Positions 27,370 through 36,631 of a DNA stretch of 64,000 bases are shown one piece after another. The notes under the pieces are model-generated. The model worked only from the letters and a program-made list of their open reading frames with translations, was not told the origin of the DNA and made no database searches. The stretch spans positions 122,588 to 186,587 of the forward strand of contig JAMCSY010000004.1 of assembly GCA_023379125.1 (NCBI GenBank), read 5' to 3'. How positions within the stretch are numbered: position 1 is the stretch's first letter; each line of letters starts with the position of its first letter. Origin of the DNA: Patescibacteria group bacterium. GTDB taxonomy: Bacteria > Patescibacteriota > Microgenomatia > Daviesbacterales > UBA10151. The position numbers and the translations under genes are program-made.

Positions 27370-28332
27370 ATGATGTCAGCTAGCAAACAATCCCTACCTT
27401 TTATTGCCCCAACTCCTGGTAAGCCAGCTTATCAATATCGAGACGACATTCCGCGAGTTCGTAGTTTCTCTTTAGGTGATTTTCATGATTTTGACCGTTG
27501 TGTCTTTCGATTTTTTGTTAACCACCACTTAGAAAAGAAGTATGAATTGGCAGAGGGTAATGTTAACCAAGCAATCGGTAGCTTGCTTGATTTGGCAATC
27601 AAAAAAGTTCACCAGACCAAAGCCTATGATCAACCAATTGAATATTTAGAAAACCTAGTTAAGGCTGCTGAAACAGAGATGAGAACTGATGTTTTGCAGC
27701 GCGGTAGAAATTCCTTTTATGGAGCGCAAATTGATTTTTTAACTGAAGAAACATCTCAAAAAGCCAAGGAAGTTTTTAAAAAGTATTATCAAGGCCTCAT
27801 AGGTAAATACCAACCTTTGGTTTTAACCCCCACTACCAAAAAACTTAGACCTTTTTGGAAAGTGGTGATAAAGGAAGAAAAGCCAGTCCAGCTATGGGGT
27901 GGTCCAGATGCTATTGAACGTGGGGGAGATGGCATACCAGAAGTGGTGGATTATAAATATATGGAAGATTTACAAAAAGGAGTGGGAAATTTAGATATGG
28001 ATTTAATGCCCAAAATCTACATTTTACTGACAGCTCAGGAGTTGCTTGAGGTAGGTTTTGCTAAAGCCCGTTTTGTAGTTCGATTGTGGCAAGACCCGGG
28101 TAACAATTCTTACTATGAAGAATTTAATTTAAATAATAAGCAATTTTTAGAAGACTTTTTTCAGGAAAAAATCGATAAAATTTTACGCACAACCTCTTTG
28201 ACCTTTTGTGATAAAGATTTTTGTCCAGCCTGTAAATCACCACATCGTCAACAATGGATTGCCCAGTTAAAATTAAAGGGTTGGATTACAGATAGTGGTG
28301 AGGAAGAAGCTAGCGAAGATCTGCCTTTTTAG
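27370..28332 (+). CDS. PD-(D/E)XK nuclease of RecB/AddB/Cas4 type with four conserved Cys
   Basis: F.RC..RF near the N-terminus, G.PD.IE, VVDYK, C-terminal C....C..C. Confidence 0.7.
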   Translation: MMSASKQSLPFIAPTPGKPAYQYRDDIPRVRSFSLGDFHDFDRCVFRFFVNHHLEKKYELAEGNVNQAIGSLLDLAIKKVHQTKAYDQPIEYLENLVKAAETEMRTDVLQRGRNSFYGAQIDFLTEETSQKAKEVFKKYYQGLIGKYQPLVLTPTTKKLRPFWKVVIKEEKPVQLWGGPDAIERGGDGIPEVVDYKYMEDLQKGVGNLDMDLMPKIYILLTAQELLEVGFAKARFVVRLWQDPGNNSYYEEFNLNNKQFLEDFFQEKIDKILRTTSLTFCDKDFCPACKSPHRQQWIAQLKLKGWITDSGEEEASEDLPF

Positions 28333-28900
28333 ACTCACTATGAACAAGAGGTACTTCAGCTAGGGTATTATGACGATGGAAACCTTCTTCTGGGATTGAT
28401 TCAAACAATTTAATGGCATCAATTTGAATTGGCTCAAATTCTTCCATCATCATTTTTTGAAATTCACCTTCCTGCACCTCGTTAAGATGATAGTTACTAT
28501 TTAGTTTGGCGACAGCAATATGTGGAATATAACGCCTTTCATCAACCTCCAATCCTAAATCAACTAACCCATCTTTGACTCTTTCTCTGACTACAAACAG
28601 TTTATCGATGTCACCTTTAACTCCTACCCAAATAGTGTGAGGGTGATGCAAGTTAGGAAAACCATCTAGATAAGCTGGAGTTACTTCGAAGGGAGGGATA
28701 TCTTGGACTGACTTTTTGATTACTTCTACCAAACTAGATTGCATCTTATCAGCTTGTTCTCCGACAAAAGCAATGGTGAGGTGTAATTTTTCTGGGTCAG
28801 TCAAACGGGCCTCAGGTGCTAACTTTTTGATTTCTGATTGCACCACTTGGAGTTGCTTTTGGGAATACTCGGGAATTTCTAAGGCAATGAAGAAACGCAT
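28310..28900 (-). CDS. thpR: RNA 2',3'-cyclic phosphodiesterase (2H phosphoesterase)
   Basis: MRFFIAL, HLTIAF and PHIAVA 2H motifs. Confidence 0.9.
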   Translation of the reverse strand: MRFFIALEIPEYSQKQLQVVQSEIKKLAPEARLTDPEKLHLTIAFVGEQADKMQSSLVEVIKKSVQDIPPFEVTPAYLDGFPNLHHPHTIWVGVKGDIDKLFVVRERVKDGLVDLGLEVDERRYIPHIAVAKLNSNYHLNEVQEGEFQKMMMEEFEPIQIDAIKLFESIPEEGFHRHNTLAEVPLVHSESKKADLR

Positions 28901-28923
28901 CTAGGTTAAATTATACAACGTCA

Positions 28924-30786
28924 CTATTTTGTGCCAACTAGATAAACAGCTTGCCAGGGACGATAGTTGGATTTCCAGGTTTCTGAAATAAGTGTATCGC
29001 CATTTCTGGTGACTGTACGCGAGAAAGAAACATTGGCTCCCCAAGCAGCCCAATCAACCTGTTTAACCTCTCCTACAGGCAATGTTGGGTCATCTTGTCG
29101 CAGATCTGGAGGAGGAGGGGTTTGATTGGTGATTTTGGGTTTAGTCATGCTTACTTGGCGTCCATCGGCAGTCCCATACAAATCAAAATAGAGTGTATGG
29201 CCAACAACACGAGATTGGATGAGAATATAAGCAGCAGTATCGTTTTTAAATTTTAAATCAACAGTGGGGGCAAAGACAGTAGCGTCTAATCCGGGAGGAA
29301 AACCTTGTTCGTAATAACCGACTCGGTAAGCATGAGCAGTGCGGTCTGTAATGGGTAATCCAGCATTAAGTAAAGCGCGGAAAAGTGTGGTAGAAACCTG
29401 ACAAACTCCACCACCATCATCTAAAACAGTTCGCCCTGACTTGATGACATAAGCAGGTTTATAGCCCGTGCTGCCATCGATTTCACCAACTGTTTGGTTA
29501 AAAGAAAAAGTGTCACCTGGAGCAACTAAAACTCCATTAACCCGACTAGCTGCTAGAGTTAAGTTATAAATACGATTAGTAATTGATCCAGCAAAATTAG
29601 AAACGCCTTCTCCTAGGAGATCTTTAATACCTAAATCATTCACACTGGCAGTGGTAACTTTTGGTGGGCTGACTTTAACTGGTAAGTTGATGTTGCTATT
29701 CTCACCAGTGGTTAAAGCTTGCATGATTAAATTGGCAGTTTGGTCAATATCTAGCTGATGCCCTTCTTGAGCTGCTTGAAATTCAGTAGCTCTGCCAGTT
29801 GCTGGATCATAAGTAAATTTAGCATCTTTGGCAGGTTGGTTAATCTGAGTAGAGACTTTTTGTAGGTAGGTAGCAAGTTTGCTTTTATCTAGACTAGTGG
29901 TTTGGTTGTTTAAAGTGTTATTGCCAGTATTAGCTTGTTCAATAGTAAAAATTTGTGAGCCAATGGTGATAGTAGCTAGAACTGGAGGTTTGCCTGATAA
30001 ATCAAGTAAAGAATAGAGGGTTGGTTGATCAATAGTCCAAGTACTATTTTGGTAATGGAGTTTGATGGGTTTATCCTTAACCTCAGTTAAGATTTGGCGA
30101 TAACTTTCAGCTTTGGCAGTAGAAATGTTTGGTTGGGCTATTTTAGTAGGTAAAGTTTCTGGGGTAGTCTGTTGTAGGGTTAAATAATTACTAATTTGCC
30201 GCAGCAGCAGAGGCTGGTCTAATTCTGAGCCTGTCTGAGAGGGAATAATCTGCATTTGGTCTTGATCAAACTTGATAATAGCATCAACGGGATCAGTTTT
30301 AATCGCTTGATTAATAGTTGTTAGCTGGTCAATTAATTTTTGCTGATTAGCAAAAATTATGTTTGGTTGGAAATTATATTGTCCTTCTAGAGCCTTGAAA
30401 GTTTCGATTAAATCAAGAAAATAGTTGCCTGTTCGGCCAATCTGAAAAGCCTGGTCTACTTGTGATGATAAATCCCAGGATGGAGAGGCTTCGTAGGTGT
30501 TAATCTTGATGCTAAAAGAGTCACTGCTTGTATGGTAATTAAGCTCTAATGGTTGATTAACTCGATTAGTAAACTGTTGATCTAAAAGGCTAATTGCTTG
30601 GTTAGGAGTTTGTCCACCTAGGTTTTGGCCAGCTACTTTCACACCAGGATAGATTTGGCCATGGTAATAGGCTAAACCAAGAGTATATAAAAAGATTAAC
30701 AAGATTAAAAAAAGCAGGCTAGAAATAAGTAAAATTCGCGCAAGCAACCAAGATTGATGTTTGTGGTGGGTTTTTGCTTTAGCCAT
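28924..30786 (-). CDS. VanW-family protein with peptidoglycan-binding repeats and a C-terminal G5-like region
   Basis: TM anchor; FSFN..VG, GGGVCQVSTTLFRA, GLDAT, DLKFKND. Confidence 0.9.
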   Translation of the reverse strand: MAKAKTHHKHQSWLLARILLISSLLFLILLIFLYTLGLAYYHGQIYPGVKVAGQNLGGQTPNQAISLLDQQFTNRVNQPLELNYHTSSDSFSIKINTYEASPSWDLSSQVDQAFQIGRTGNYFLDLIETFKALEGQYNFQPNIIFANQQKLIDQLTTINQAIKTDPVDAIIKFDQDQMQIIPSQTGSELDQPLLLRQISNYLTLQQTTPETLPTKIAQPNISTAKAESYRQILTEVKDKPIKLHYQNSTWTIDQPTLYSLLDLSGKPPVLATITIGSQIFTIEQANTGNNTLNNQTTSLDKSKLATYLQKVSTQINQPAKDAKFTYDPATGRATEFQAAQEGHQLDIDQTANLIMQALTTGENSNINLPVKVSPPKVTTASVNDLGIKDLLGEGVSNFAGSITNRIYNLTLAASRVNGVLVAPGDTFSFNQTVGEIDGSTGYKPAYVIKSGRTVLDDGGGVCQVSTTLFRALLNAGLPITDRTAHAYRVGYYEQGFPPGLDATVFAPTVDLKFKNDTAAYILIQSRVVGHTLYFDLYGTADGRQVSMTKPKITNQTPPPPDLRQDDPTLPVGEVKQVDWAAWGANVSFSRTVTRNGDTLISETWKSNYRPWQAVYLVGTK

Positions 30787-30877
30787 AATAATTGATTGAG
30801 CTAATTGTAAACAGTTTGTCTTATGCTAGCAAGGTTTCTTGCTGGTTTATGATGTTGAAAACTAAACGGCAATCTGT

Positions 30878-32152
30878 TTATCGATTAACCAGCGGTAGTC
30901 TAGTTTTGTAACTTGGGCTACATATCCATGTTTGGTTTGACCATTGAGCGGTATGGTTTTGATCATAATAGCTTCCTCCAAACCTCATTACCTCGCCGGT
31001 GAGGGAATTCATTGCTGCTGCTGGACGCCCCATCGCTTGTGGGTTAGCAGCTGAAGCTATTTTGAGCCACATTTGGGAATCCTCGTCATACTCAACAGAT
31101 TCGTTGTAGGGAGGATAGAGGATGAATGTAGGCTCTCCTGAGTGTAACACTAACTGTCTTCTCTTAATGTCGTAACCACCTCTAACTGCCCCCGCATAAT
31201 CGACTCTGGGGTTACTGGATAGCGTGCTTATAATATTGGTTTCATCAAGATGGATTTGCCATAACTCATTTGAGTAAATACCGCTACCATCTCCCCGATC
31301 GTAACCTTCACCCCCATAGAGGTAAATATTTTGATCTTCCGGTTTCACATAAGCCAGAGGTTCAAAAACAGCGCGATAGGTTTCACCATTACTATAGCCT
31401 CGGCCAAGAATGTACCAATTTTTGCTGTAGTAATTATTAGGAAGTAACAGACAGTAAGTATTATTCCCTAAAGTCACATCTTTGCCAAATGCCCCGCCGA
31501 ATATCCAAACTGATTTTGTTTCCGGATGGTAAGTCATACCTATACCCTGCAAAGCTGGTTTGTCCTGAGGATAGTAACAGTCGGGTATAATTTCCTGCCA
31601 ATGGTTTGTTTTGTTATCAAAGAGATAAAACTTATCTGAAATATCAAAGTCACCCTTAGGTTGTAGGATCACTCCGCCGTAGATTAATAACCCCAAAGGA
31701 GTTTCGACCATTTTATGGCCATGTAAACTCAAAGTCGATCCTTCTTCAAGTTGCTGCCAATGATTTTCTTTAAATTCCCAAGTTTGGCTGTGGTTTGCTC
31801 CATATGCATAACCTCCATGTAAAATAAAGCTCCCTCTTTCCTGGCTGAAACAACAAGCTGAGCGATAGGCGGGAGGAGGTGCGCAGGGGGTTTCTACCTG
31901 ACGCCAAAAACGGCTATCGGTAGTTTTTTCTGGTAAGTGACCAAACTCGGTAACACTTTCCGTCTGAGGATTAGTAGCATCTTTTTTAATTATCAAATCT
32001 CCAGGAAAAACAATTGGCGAAGCAGTTGACTCTGGAGAGTGAATAGAAAATGGCTGTGGCATAAATATACTGCCAGCAGCAAGACCAGCTGTTTTGACAA
32101 AACTTCTTCGGCTAATTTTTGGAATCTCTTTGTCAACGCGGTCTTCGCTCAT
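30878..32152 (-). CDS. Kelch-type beta-propeller protein with twin-arginine-like N-terminus
   Basis: ISRRSFVK; repeated GG/W blades (LHGG, IYGG, IFGG, LYGG, RFGG); likely start 32152. Confidence 0.75.
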   Translation of the reverse strand: MSEDRVDKEIPKISRRSFVKTAGLAAGSIFMPQPFSIHSPESTASPIVFPGDLIIKKDATNPQTESVTEFGHLPEKTTDSRFWRQVETPCAPPPAYRSACCFSQERGSFILHGGYAYGANHSQTWEFKENHWQQLEEGSTLSLHGHKMVETPLGLLIYGGVILQPKGDFDISDKFYLFDNKTNHWQEIIPDCYYPQDKPALQGIGMTYHPETKSVWIFGGAFGKDVTLGNNTYCLLLPNNYYSKNWYILGRGYSNGETYRAVFEPLAYVKPEDQNIYLYGGEGYDRGDGSGIYSNELWQIHLDETNIISTLSSNPRVDYAGAVRGGYDIKRRQLVLHSGEPTFILYPPYNESVEYDEDSQMWLKIASAANPQAMGRPAAAMNSLTGEVMRFGGSYYDQNHTAQWSNQTWICSPSYKTRLPLVNR

Positions 32153-32160
32153 TAAGTTTA

Positions 32161-33099
32161 TCAATAAGGAACGCAGTTGTAGTAATTTTCATTAGGAATA
32201 AGGGGTAAATTCATGTTAACTGAGGATTGTACGTTGTTTAGAGTAATAGTATGAGTATTGTAGCTTTCGTGAATTTTATAACCAGACAAAGCAGTATAAC
32301 TTGGTGTAATGGTTAAACCTACTTGGGGGTCAATAACTTTAGTCAAACTATAGTGACCGTTGCTGTCAGTAGTGACTGTGGCATAGTTATAAATGTTTCC
32401 GGGGTCCTTTTCAAAACTAACAGGTACACCGGCGATACCTTGCTCATTTGGTTCTTGCACATCATTACAATTATAATCTTTAAAAACCTGCCCGCTGATT
32501 GTTACCACTGTCCCCATTGGTACAGTAACTGTTTTGGAGCATGTTGGGGTAAGGGTTCCGTCGGACAATTTTAGTTGGAGCTTAGTGCTGAAGTTGCCGT
32601 TACTGGGATAGGTGTGAGCAATGTTGGTATTGGAAAGGGACATCTCGGTATCCCAGGTGCCGTTGCCGTCAAAATCCCATTGTGCGCCAGTCACATATTG
32701 GTTGTTATGAGTAGCGGCAGAATAGACTAACTCGATAGTCAAAGGGTTGTCAAAATTGGAATTGGTGTCCATTGGCGTAGCTAATGTGTTGATGGTACAG
32801 GTGGCGCTGGGAGTTGGAGTGGGAGTCAAAGTCGGAGTGGCTTTGGGTGTAGGTGTGGCAGTGGGCTTTTTAATTGTGGTAGGAGTAGGCTGTTGGGTAG
32901 GTAAAAGGGTTTTTGGCAAAGTAGGGCTTGGTGACAAGATTGCTAAATTTAGGCTCTCCTGAGTAGCATCTGAAACAGCCTCCAAATTATTGCTCAGAGT
33001 TGATTGGTGATAAAAATAATACCCTAATCCTCCTCCGACAAAAATAACCACAGTGCTAACTAATAGCAGTAATAGTGGTGCAAAACCAAGTTGTCTCAT
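32161..33099 (-). CDS. Surface protein with pilin-like leader, PT linker, PKD-like and SdrD-B-like domains
   Basis: MRQLG|FAPLLLL, PTPT repeats, WDFDGNG...HTY, ISGQVF.D.N.N..Q...E.GI.GV, TTDSNGHY. Confidence 0.75.
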   Translation of the reverse strand: MRQLGFAPLLLLLVSTVVIFVGGGLGYYFYHQSTLSNNLEAVSDATQESLNLAILSPSPTLPKTLLPTQQPTPTTIKKPTATPTPKATPTLTPTPTPSATCTINTLATPMDTNSNFDNPLTIELVYSAATHNNQYVTGAQWDFDGNGTWDTEMSLSNTNIAHTYPSNGNFSTKLQLKLSDGTLTPTCSKTVTVPMGTVVTISGQVFKDYNCNDVQEPNEQGIAGVPVSFEKDPGNIYNYATVTTDSNGHYSLTKVIDPQVGLTITPSYTALSGYKIHESYNTHTITLNNVQSSVNMNLPLIPNENYYNCVPY

Positions 33100-33176
33100 C
33101 GAATTTCTTAATTTATCTAGCAATAATAGTGTAGCAATTGTCCTGCATTACCTCAAGTTGGTATATAATTAAAATT

Positions 33177-34499
33177 GTGGGAAAGATTGTGGCCATTGTT
33201 ATAATAGTAGCTGTTGCCTTAGGGGTGGTTTTTTGGAAGTTTGGCTGGCCCTATTTAACAGGCGCAAGTCAGCCCAAGGAAGTAACTTTAACTTATTGGG
33301 GTTTGTATGACGATGAGGCAATCGTCAAACCGCTACTTGATGATTATCATCTGTCCCATCCTAATGTGCGAGTCAATTATGTTAAACAATCACTGACTAA
33401 CTATCGCTCCAGGTTACAAACTCAATTACAGGCAGGAACTGGGCCAGATTTATTTTGGACCAATAATGCTTGGTTACCAATGATGATTTATGATAGTGCG
33501 CCTCTTCCCAGTAGTGTGATGTCTCTGGGGGATTTTAGTAAAACTTTCTATCCTGCAGCTAAAGCGAGCTTAACTAATCAAAATCAAATTTATGGTTTAC
33601 CTTTAGAGATTGATGGGTTGGCACTATACTACAATGAGGATTTGCTAAAAGGGGTGAATGTATCTCCTCCCACTTCTTGGACAGATTTTGTTAATGATGC
33701 TAAAAAGATGACAGTGCCAGATCAATATGGTCAAATTCAAACTTCTGGGGCAGCGATGGGAACAGCCACTAATGTTGCTCATTGGTCAGAAATTGTGGCG
33801 ATGCTTTTTATGCAGCAACCCTCGGCTGATTTAAGCAAACCAGATAATAGTTATGGTGGAGATGTGCTGAGGTTTTATACTAATTTTGTGACTAATCCTC
33901 AAGATAAGACTTGGGATGTCACACTTCCTTCATCCTTACAGATGTTTGAGCAAGGCAGGTTAGCTTTTTATTTTGGAACTGCCAGGGAAGCAACAATGAT
34001 CAAACAAGCCAATCCTAATCTACATTTTAAGGTGGCTACTGTACCTGTTCTACCTCAGAGTAAACAAGTCTCATATGCTGACTTTTGGGCAGTTGCTGTT
34101 TCTAACCGCTCAGCCAACCAGGCAGCTGCTTGGGATTTTGCCAATTATTTAACCTCACCGCGTGCTCAACAGTTACTAGCTCAAGAAAAAACTCAAGCTG
34201 GTGGATTTGGACAACCCTATCCACGAGTAGACATGGCAGGTTTACTAGCAAGTGACCCATTTTTGAACCCCTTTGTTGTGCAGGGACCAAACTATCAAAG
34301 TTGGTATTTAAATTCAGATACCCAAGACGCTGCGATTAATGATGAGATTGTGGCACTTTATGCCAAAGCTGTGCAAAGTGTTTTAGGTGGTGGTAATCCA
34401 CAAGATAGTCTGCACAATATTAGCGGAGATTTAACTAAAACAATCGATAAATATTTCCATCTTGGAGTGACTCCTGTGGAAAGTAATACTATATTCTAA
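33177..34499 (+). CDS. Membrane-anchored extracellular solute-binding protein (sugar ABC SBP family)
   Basis: TLTYWG, GPDLF, IYGLP...D.LALYYN, F..G..A; likely start GTG 33177; no permease or ATPase adjacent. Confidence 0.85.
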   Translation: MGKIVAIVIIVAVALGVVFWKFGWPYLTGASQPKEVTLTYWGLYDDEAIVKPLLDDYHLSHPNVRVNYVKQSLTNYRSRLQTQLQAGTGPDLFWTNNAWLPMMIYDSAPLPSSVMSLGDFSKTFYPAAKASLTNQNQIYGLPLEIDGLALYYNEDLLKGVNVSPPTSWTDFVNDAKKMTVPDQYGQIQTSGAAMGTATNVAHWSEIVAMLFMQQPSADLSKPDNSYGGDVLRFYTNFVTNPQDKTWDVTLPSSLQMFEQGRLAFYFGTAREATMIKQANPNLHFKVATVPVLPQSKQVSYADFWAVAVSNRSANQAAAWDFANYLTSPRAQQLLAQEKTQAGGFGQPYPRVDMAGLLASDPFLNPFVVQGPNYQSWYLNSDTQDAAINDEIVALYAKAVQSVLGGGNPQDSLHNISGDLTKTIDKYFHLGVTPVESNTIF

Positions 34500-35427
34500 G
34501 CGCTGGTAAGTTTACCAGTTGCACTTCTGGCTCAAGTTTAATACCAAATTTGTCCCATACTTTTTGCTGAGCAAGTTGGGCTAATTGATAAAAATCAAAG
34601 GCACTCCCGTTTCCTAAATTGATAAATAAATTAGCGTGGTTAGGAGAGACCTGGATTTGGCCAACTTGAGCTTCTTTTAAACCAGCTGTTTCTAGTAGAA
34701 AACCGGCAGGAATTTTGCCAAAAGTTATTTTTTCTGAAGGGATTTTTCTAAGAATAGTTGGATCTAAATCCTGAGCGATAACATTTTTGAAAAAACTGCC
34801 AGGGCATTTAAGGGTTGGCGGATATTTTGCGAGTCTTAAAGCCAATGTTTCTGCAGCCTCTTTTTTAAGAATTGAGGCATCAGCAGTGGGAAGTTGGAAA
34901 ACTGCTTCTAAGATAATTAAAGATTGATGTTTAAAAGCACTATCACGATAACCAAACTTACATCTTTTTGTATCCCAGGTCTCTTGCTTATTCGTTTTGC
35001 TATTAAAAAAGGTCACTTCTACTAAGTAATCTGAGATGGTTTGCCCATATGCACCAGCATTACCATAAATGGCTCCGCCAACAGTGCCAGGGATACCTGT
35101 CATTTTCTGTAAACCAGCAACCCCCTGTTTGATAGTAAAATCAATTAGCTCTTGTAAAGCAGTGCCGCTTTGGACAAGTATCTTTTTTTGCTGATTTTTG
35201 ATGCCAGATAAGGCATTTTTAATAATTAGTCCGGGATAACCCTCATCGGCAATTAGCAGGTTACTTCCGCCGCCAACTACTAAAAATGAAATTTTTTGAT
35301 CCTTAGTTGATCTGATGGCGTTGGTTAACTCCTGAGCAGTCTTGGCCACGAAGAAATATTGAGCAGATCCACCAATCTGTAAGGTGGTAAAGTTTTTTAA
35401 AGGAATATTCTTTTGCCAGTTACTCAT
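34489..35427 (-). CDS. murB: UDP-N-acetylmuramate dehydrogenase
   Basis: GGGSNLL, GIPGTVGGA..NAGAYG, GSFFKN, HAN...N, LEPEV. Confidence 0.95.
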   Translation of the reverse strand: MSNWQKNIPLKNFTTLQIGGSAQYFFVAKTAQELTNAIRSTKDQKISFLVVGGGSNLLIADEGYPGLIIKNALSGIKNQQKKILVQSGTALQELIDFTIKQGVAGLQKMTGIPGTVGGAIYGNAGAYGQTISDYLVEVTFFNSKTNKQETWDTKRCKFGYRDSAFKHQSLIILEAVFQLPTADASILKKEAAETLALRLAKYPPTLKCPGSFFKNVIAQDLDPTILRKIPSEKITFGKIPAGFLLETAGLKEAQVGQIQVSPNHANLFINLGNGSAFDFYQLAQLAQQKVWDKFGIKLEPEVQLVNLPALRI

Positions 35428-35445
35428 TGAGAAAATTATACGCTC

Positions 35446-35500
35446 TTGACAAGAAGCTAGAAATATTCTTAAAATAGCAAACGTTAAAGCTTACTGCCAG
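35446..35500 (+). promoter_or_regulatory. groES promoter with degenerate CIRCE-like operator
   Basis: TTGACA (35446), 18-nt spacer, TAAAAT (35470); ATAGCAAAC-N9-TACTGCCAG at 35474-35500 keeps CIRCE spacing. Confidence 0.5.
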
Positions 35501-35520
35501 AAACTGCTTCAGAAAAAAAT

Positions 35521-35859
35521 ATGCCAAGACCGAAAAAAATTGCTACCAATAAACCAACTGCTACTTCCAAGCTTTCTATTAGACCATTAATGGGCTATTG
35601 CTTAATTGATCCTGCGAGTGCTGAAGAGACAACAGCTTCTGGGATTATCTTGCCAGAGTCTGCTCAGGAAAAACCAGCAATGGGGACTGTTATCTCGGTG
35701 GGTGATGACCAAGTGCTGGAAAATGGCAAAGTAGTCAAAGCTCCGGTTAAAATTGGTGATAAAGTTTATTTTAAAAAATGGGGCGGAGATGAGATAAAAG
35801 TAGCAGGCAGGGAATTAAAATTAGTCAAATTTGATGATTTAATGGCAATTGTGGAGTAA
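35521..35859 (+). CDS. groES: Co-chaperonin GroES
   Basis: EETTASGIILP..A.EKP..G.V, VK.GDKV, D.MAIVE. Confidence 0.96.
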   Translation: MPRPKKIATNKPTATSKLSIRPLMGYCLIDPASAEETTASGIILPESAQEKPAMGTVISVGDDQVLENGKVVKAPVKIGDKVYFKKWGGDEIKVAGRELKLVKFDDLMAIVE

Positions 35860-35861
35860 AA

Positions 35862-36170
35862 ATGAAATTGGATTGGGTACCAGTGGTAGGATCGCTGCTG
35901 GCCGGAACGAATAACATTGAAGGAAAATTAGCTGTTTTATATGATGAGCGGGAACTACTATGGGATGAGATTTATGATGCAGCTAGAAGGCAAGTGGCTG
36001 GTAGGCGTGTGGGAAAAAGTTTTGCCAGACGTTTGAATGTTGAGTATCTAGGAGTCTTGAAACTAATTGCAGATTTGGAAGGCAATGATGGAGAAATATT
36101 TTATCTAAGAGGGTTGGAAAGAGTTCTTAATGAAGGGGTAACGAAAGCTCCTTTCCGAGAAAGAGAATAA
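35862..36170 (+). CDS. Hypothetical protein, 102 aa
   Basis: ORF 2 nt after the groES stop, with GGAG upstream. Confidence 0.6.
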   Translation: MKLDWVPVVGSLLAGTNNIEGKLAVLYDERELLWDEIYDAARRQVAGRRVGKSFARRLNVEYLGVLKLIADLEGNDGEIFYLRGLERVLNEGVTKAPFRERE

Positions 36171-36222
36171 TCTGCTTGATTTTTAAGAAAAATTAGGATA
36201 TATAGTTAAAACTAAAAAATAT

Positions 36223-36567
36223 ATGTCAAAAGAACAAGAGCAATTTCGACCAAGAGAAGAAACCGATAGAGTGGTGAGAGCTGCTCAGAATTATTTAGCA
36301 TTCTCAGAAATTTTTAGTGGTGGACGATTACGTGTTAATCGTATTCGACAGGCACAGGATCCGACCACGATGATTGGAGAGCTGATGAGCGGAGATGGAA
36401 GTGATCGAGCTGATTTGGTAGTAGCAGCTGGTTTTGCTTTCAGCTTAGGTGTGCTTGAAGCAATAAAGTATACTCAGGGTAAAGATAGCTCAATTGTGGA
36501 AGGATATTTGGAAAGAGGAAGAGAAATAGTCAGAATAGCAGAAGAAATTATGAGGAGGGATATCTAA
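36223..36567 (+). CDS. Hypothetical protein, 114 aa
   Basis: ORF preceded by TTGATT...TATAGT promoter-like elements. Confidence 0.65.
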   Translation: MSKEQEQFRPREETDRVVRAAQNYLAFSEIFSGGRLRVNRIRQAQDPTTMIGELMSGDGSDRADLVVAAGFAFSLGVLEAIKYTQGKDSSIVEGYLERGREIVRIAEEIMRRDI

Positions 36568-36631
36568 AGTGTCAAAAATTTTAAGCAAAGCTTGAAATTT
36601 TTATCAAAAAAGTTGATATAAGGAAAATTGT

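Noticed and set aside
27370-28332. CRISPR-Cas locus around the Cas4-like nuclease
   Set aside because: No cas1/cas2, effector gene or repeat-spacer array seen anywhere in the window.
32747-32962. GV-repeat plus-strand ORF, and similar shadow ORFs (e.g. 9343-9618, 9955-10152, 37348-37779, 24321-24608)
   Set aside because: Antisense reading of PT-rich linkers or of conserved genes; no independent coding evidence.
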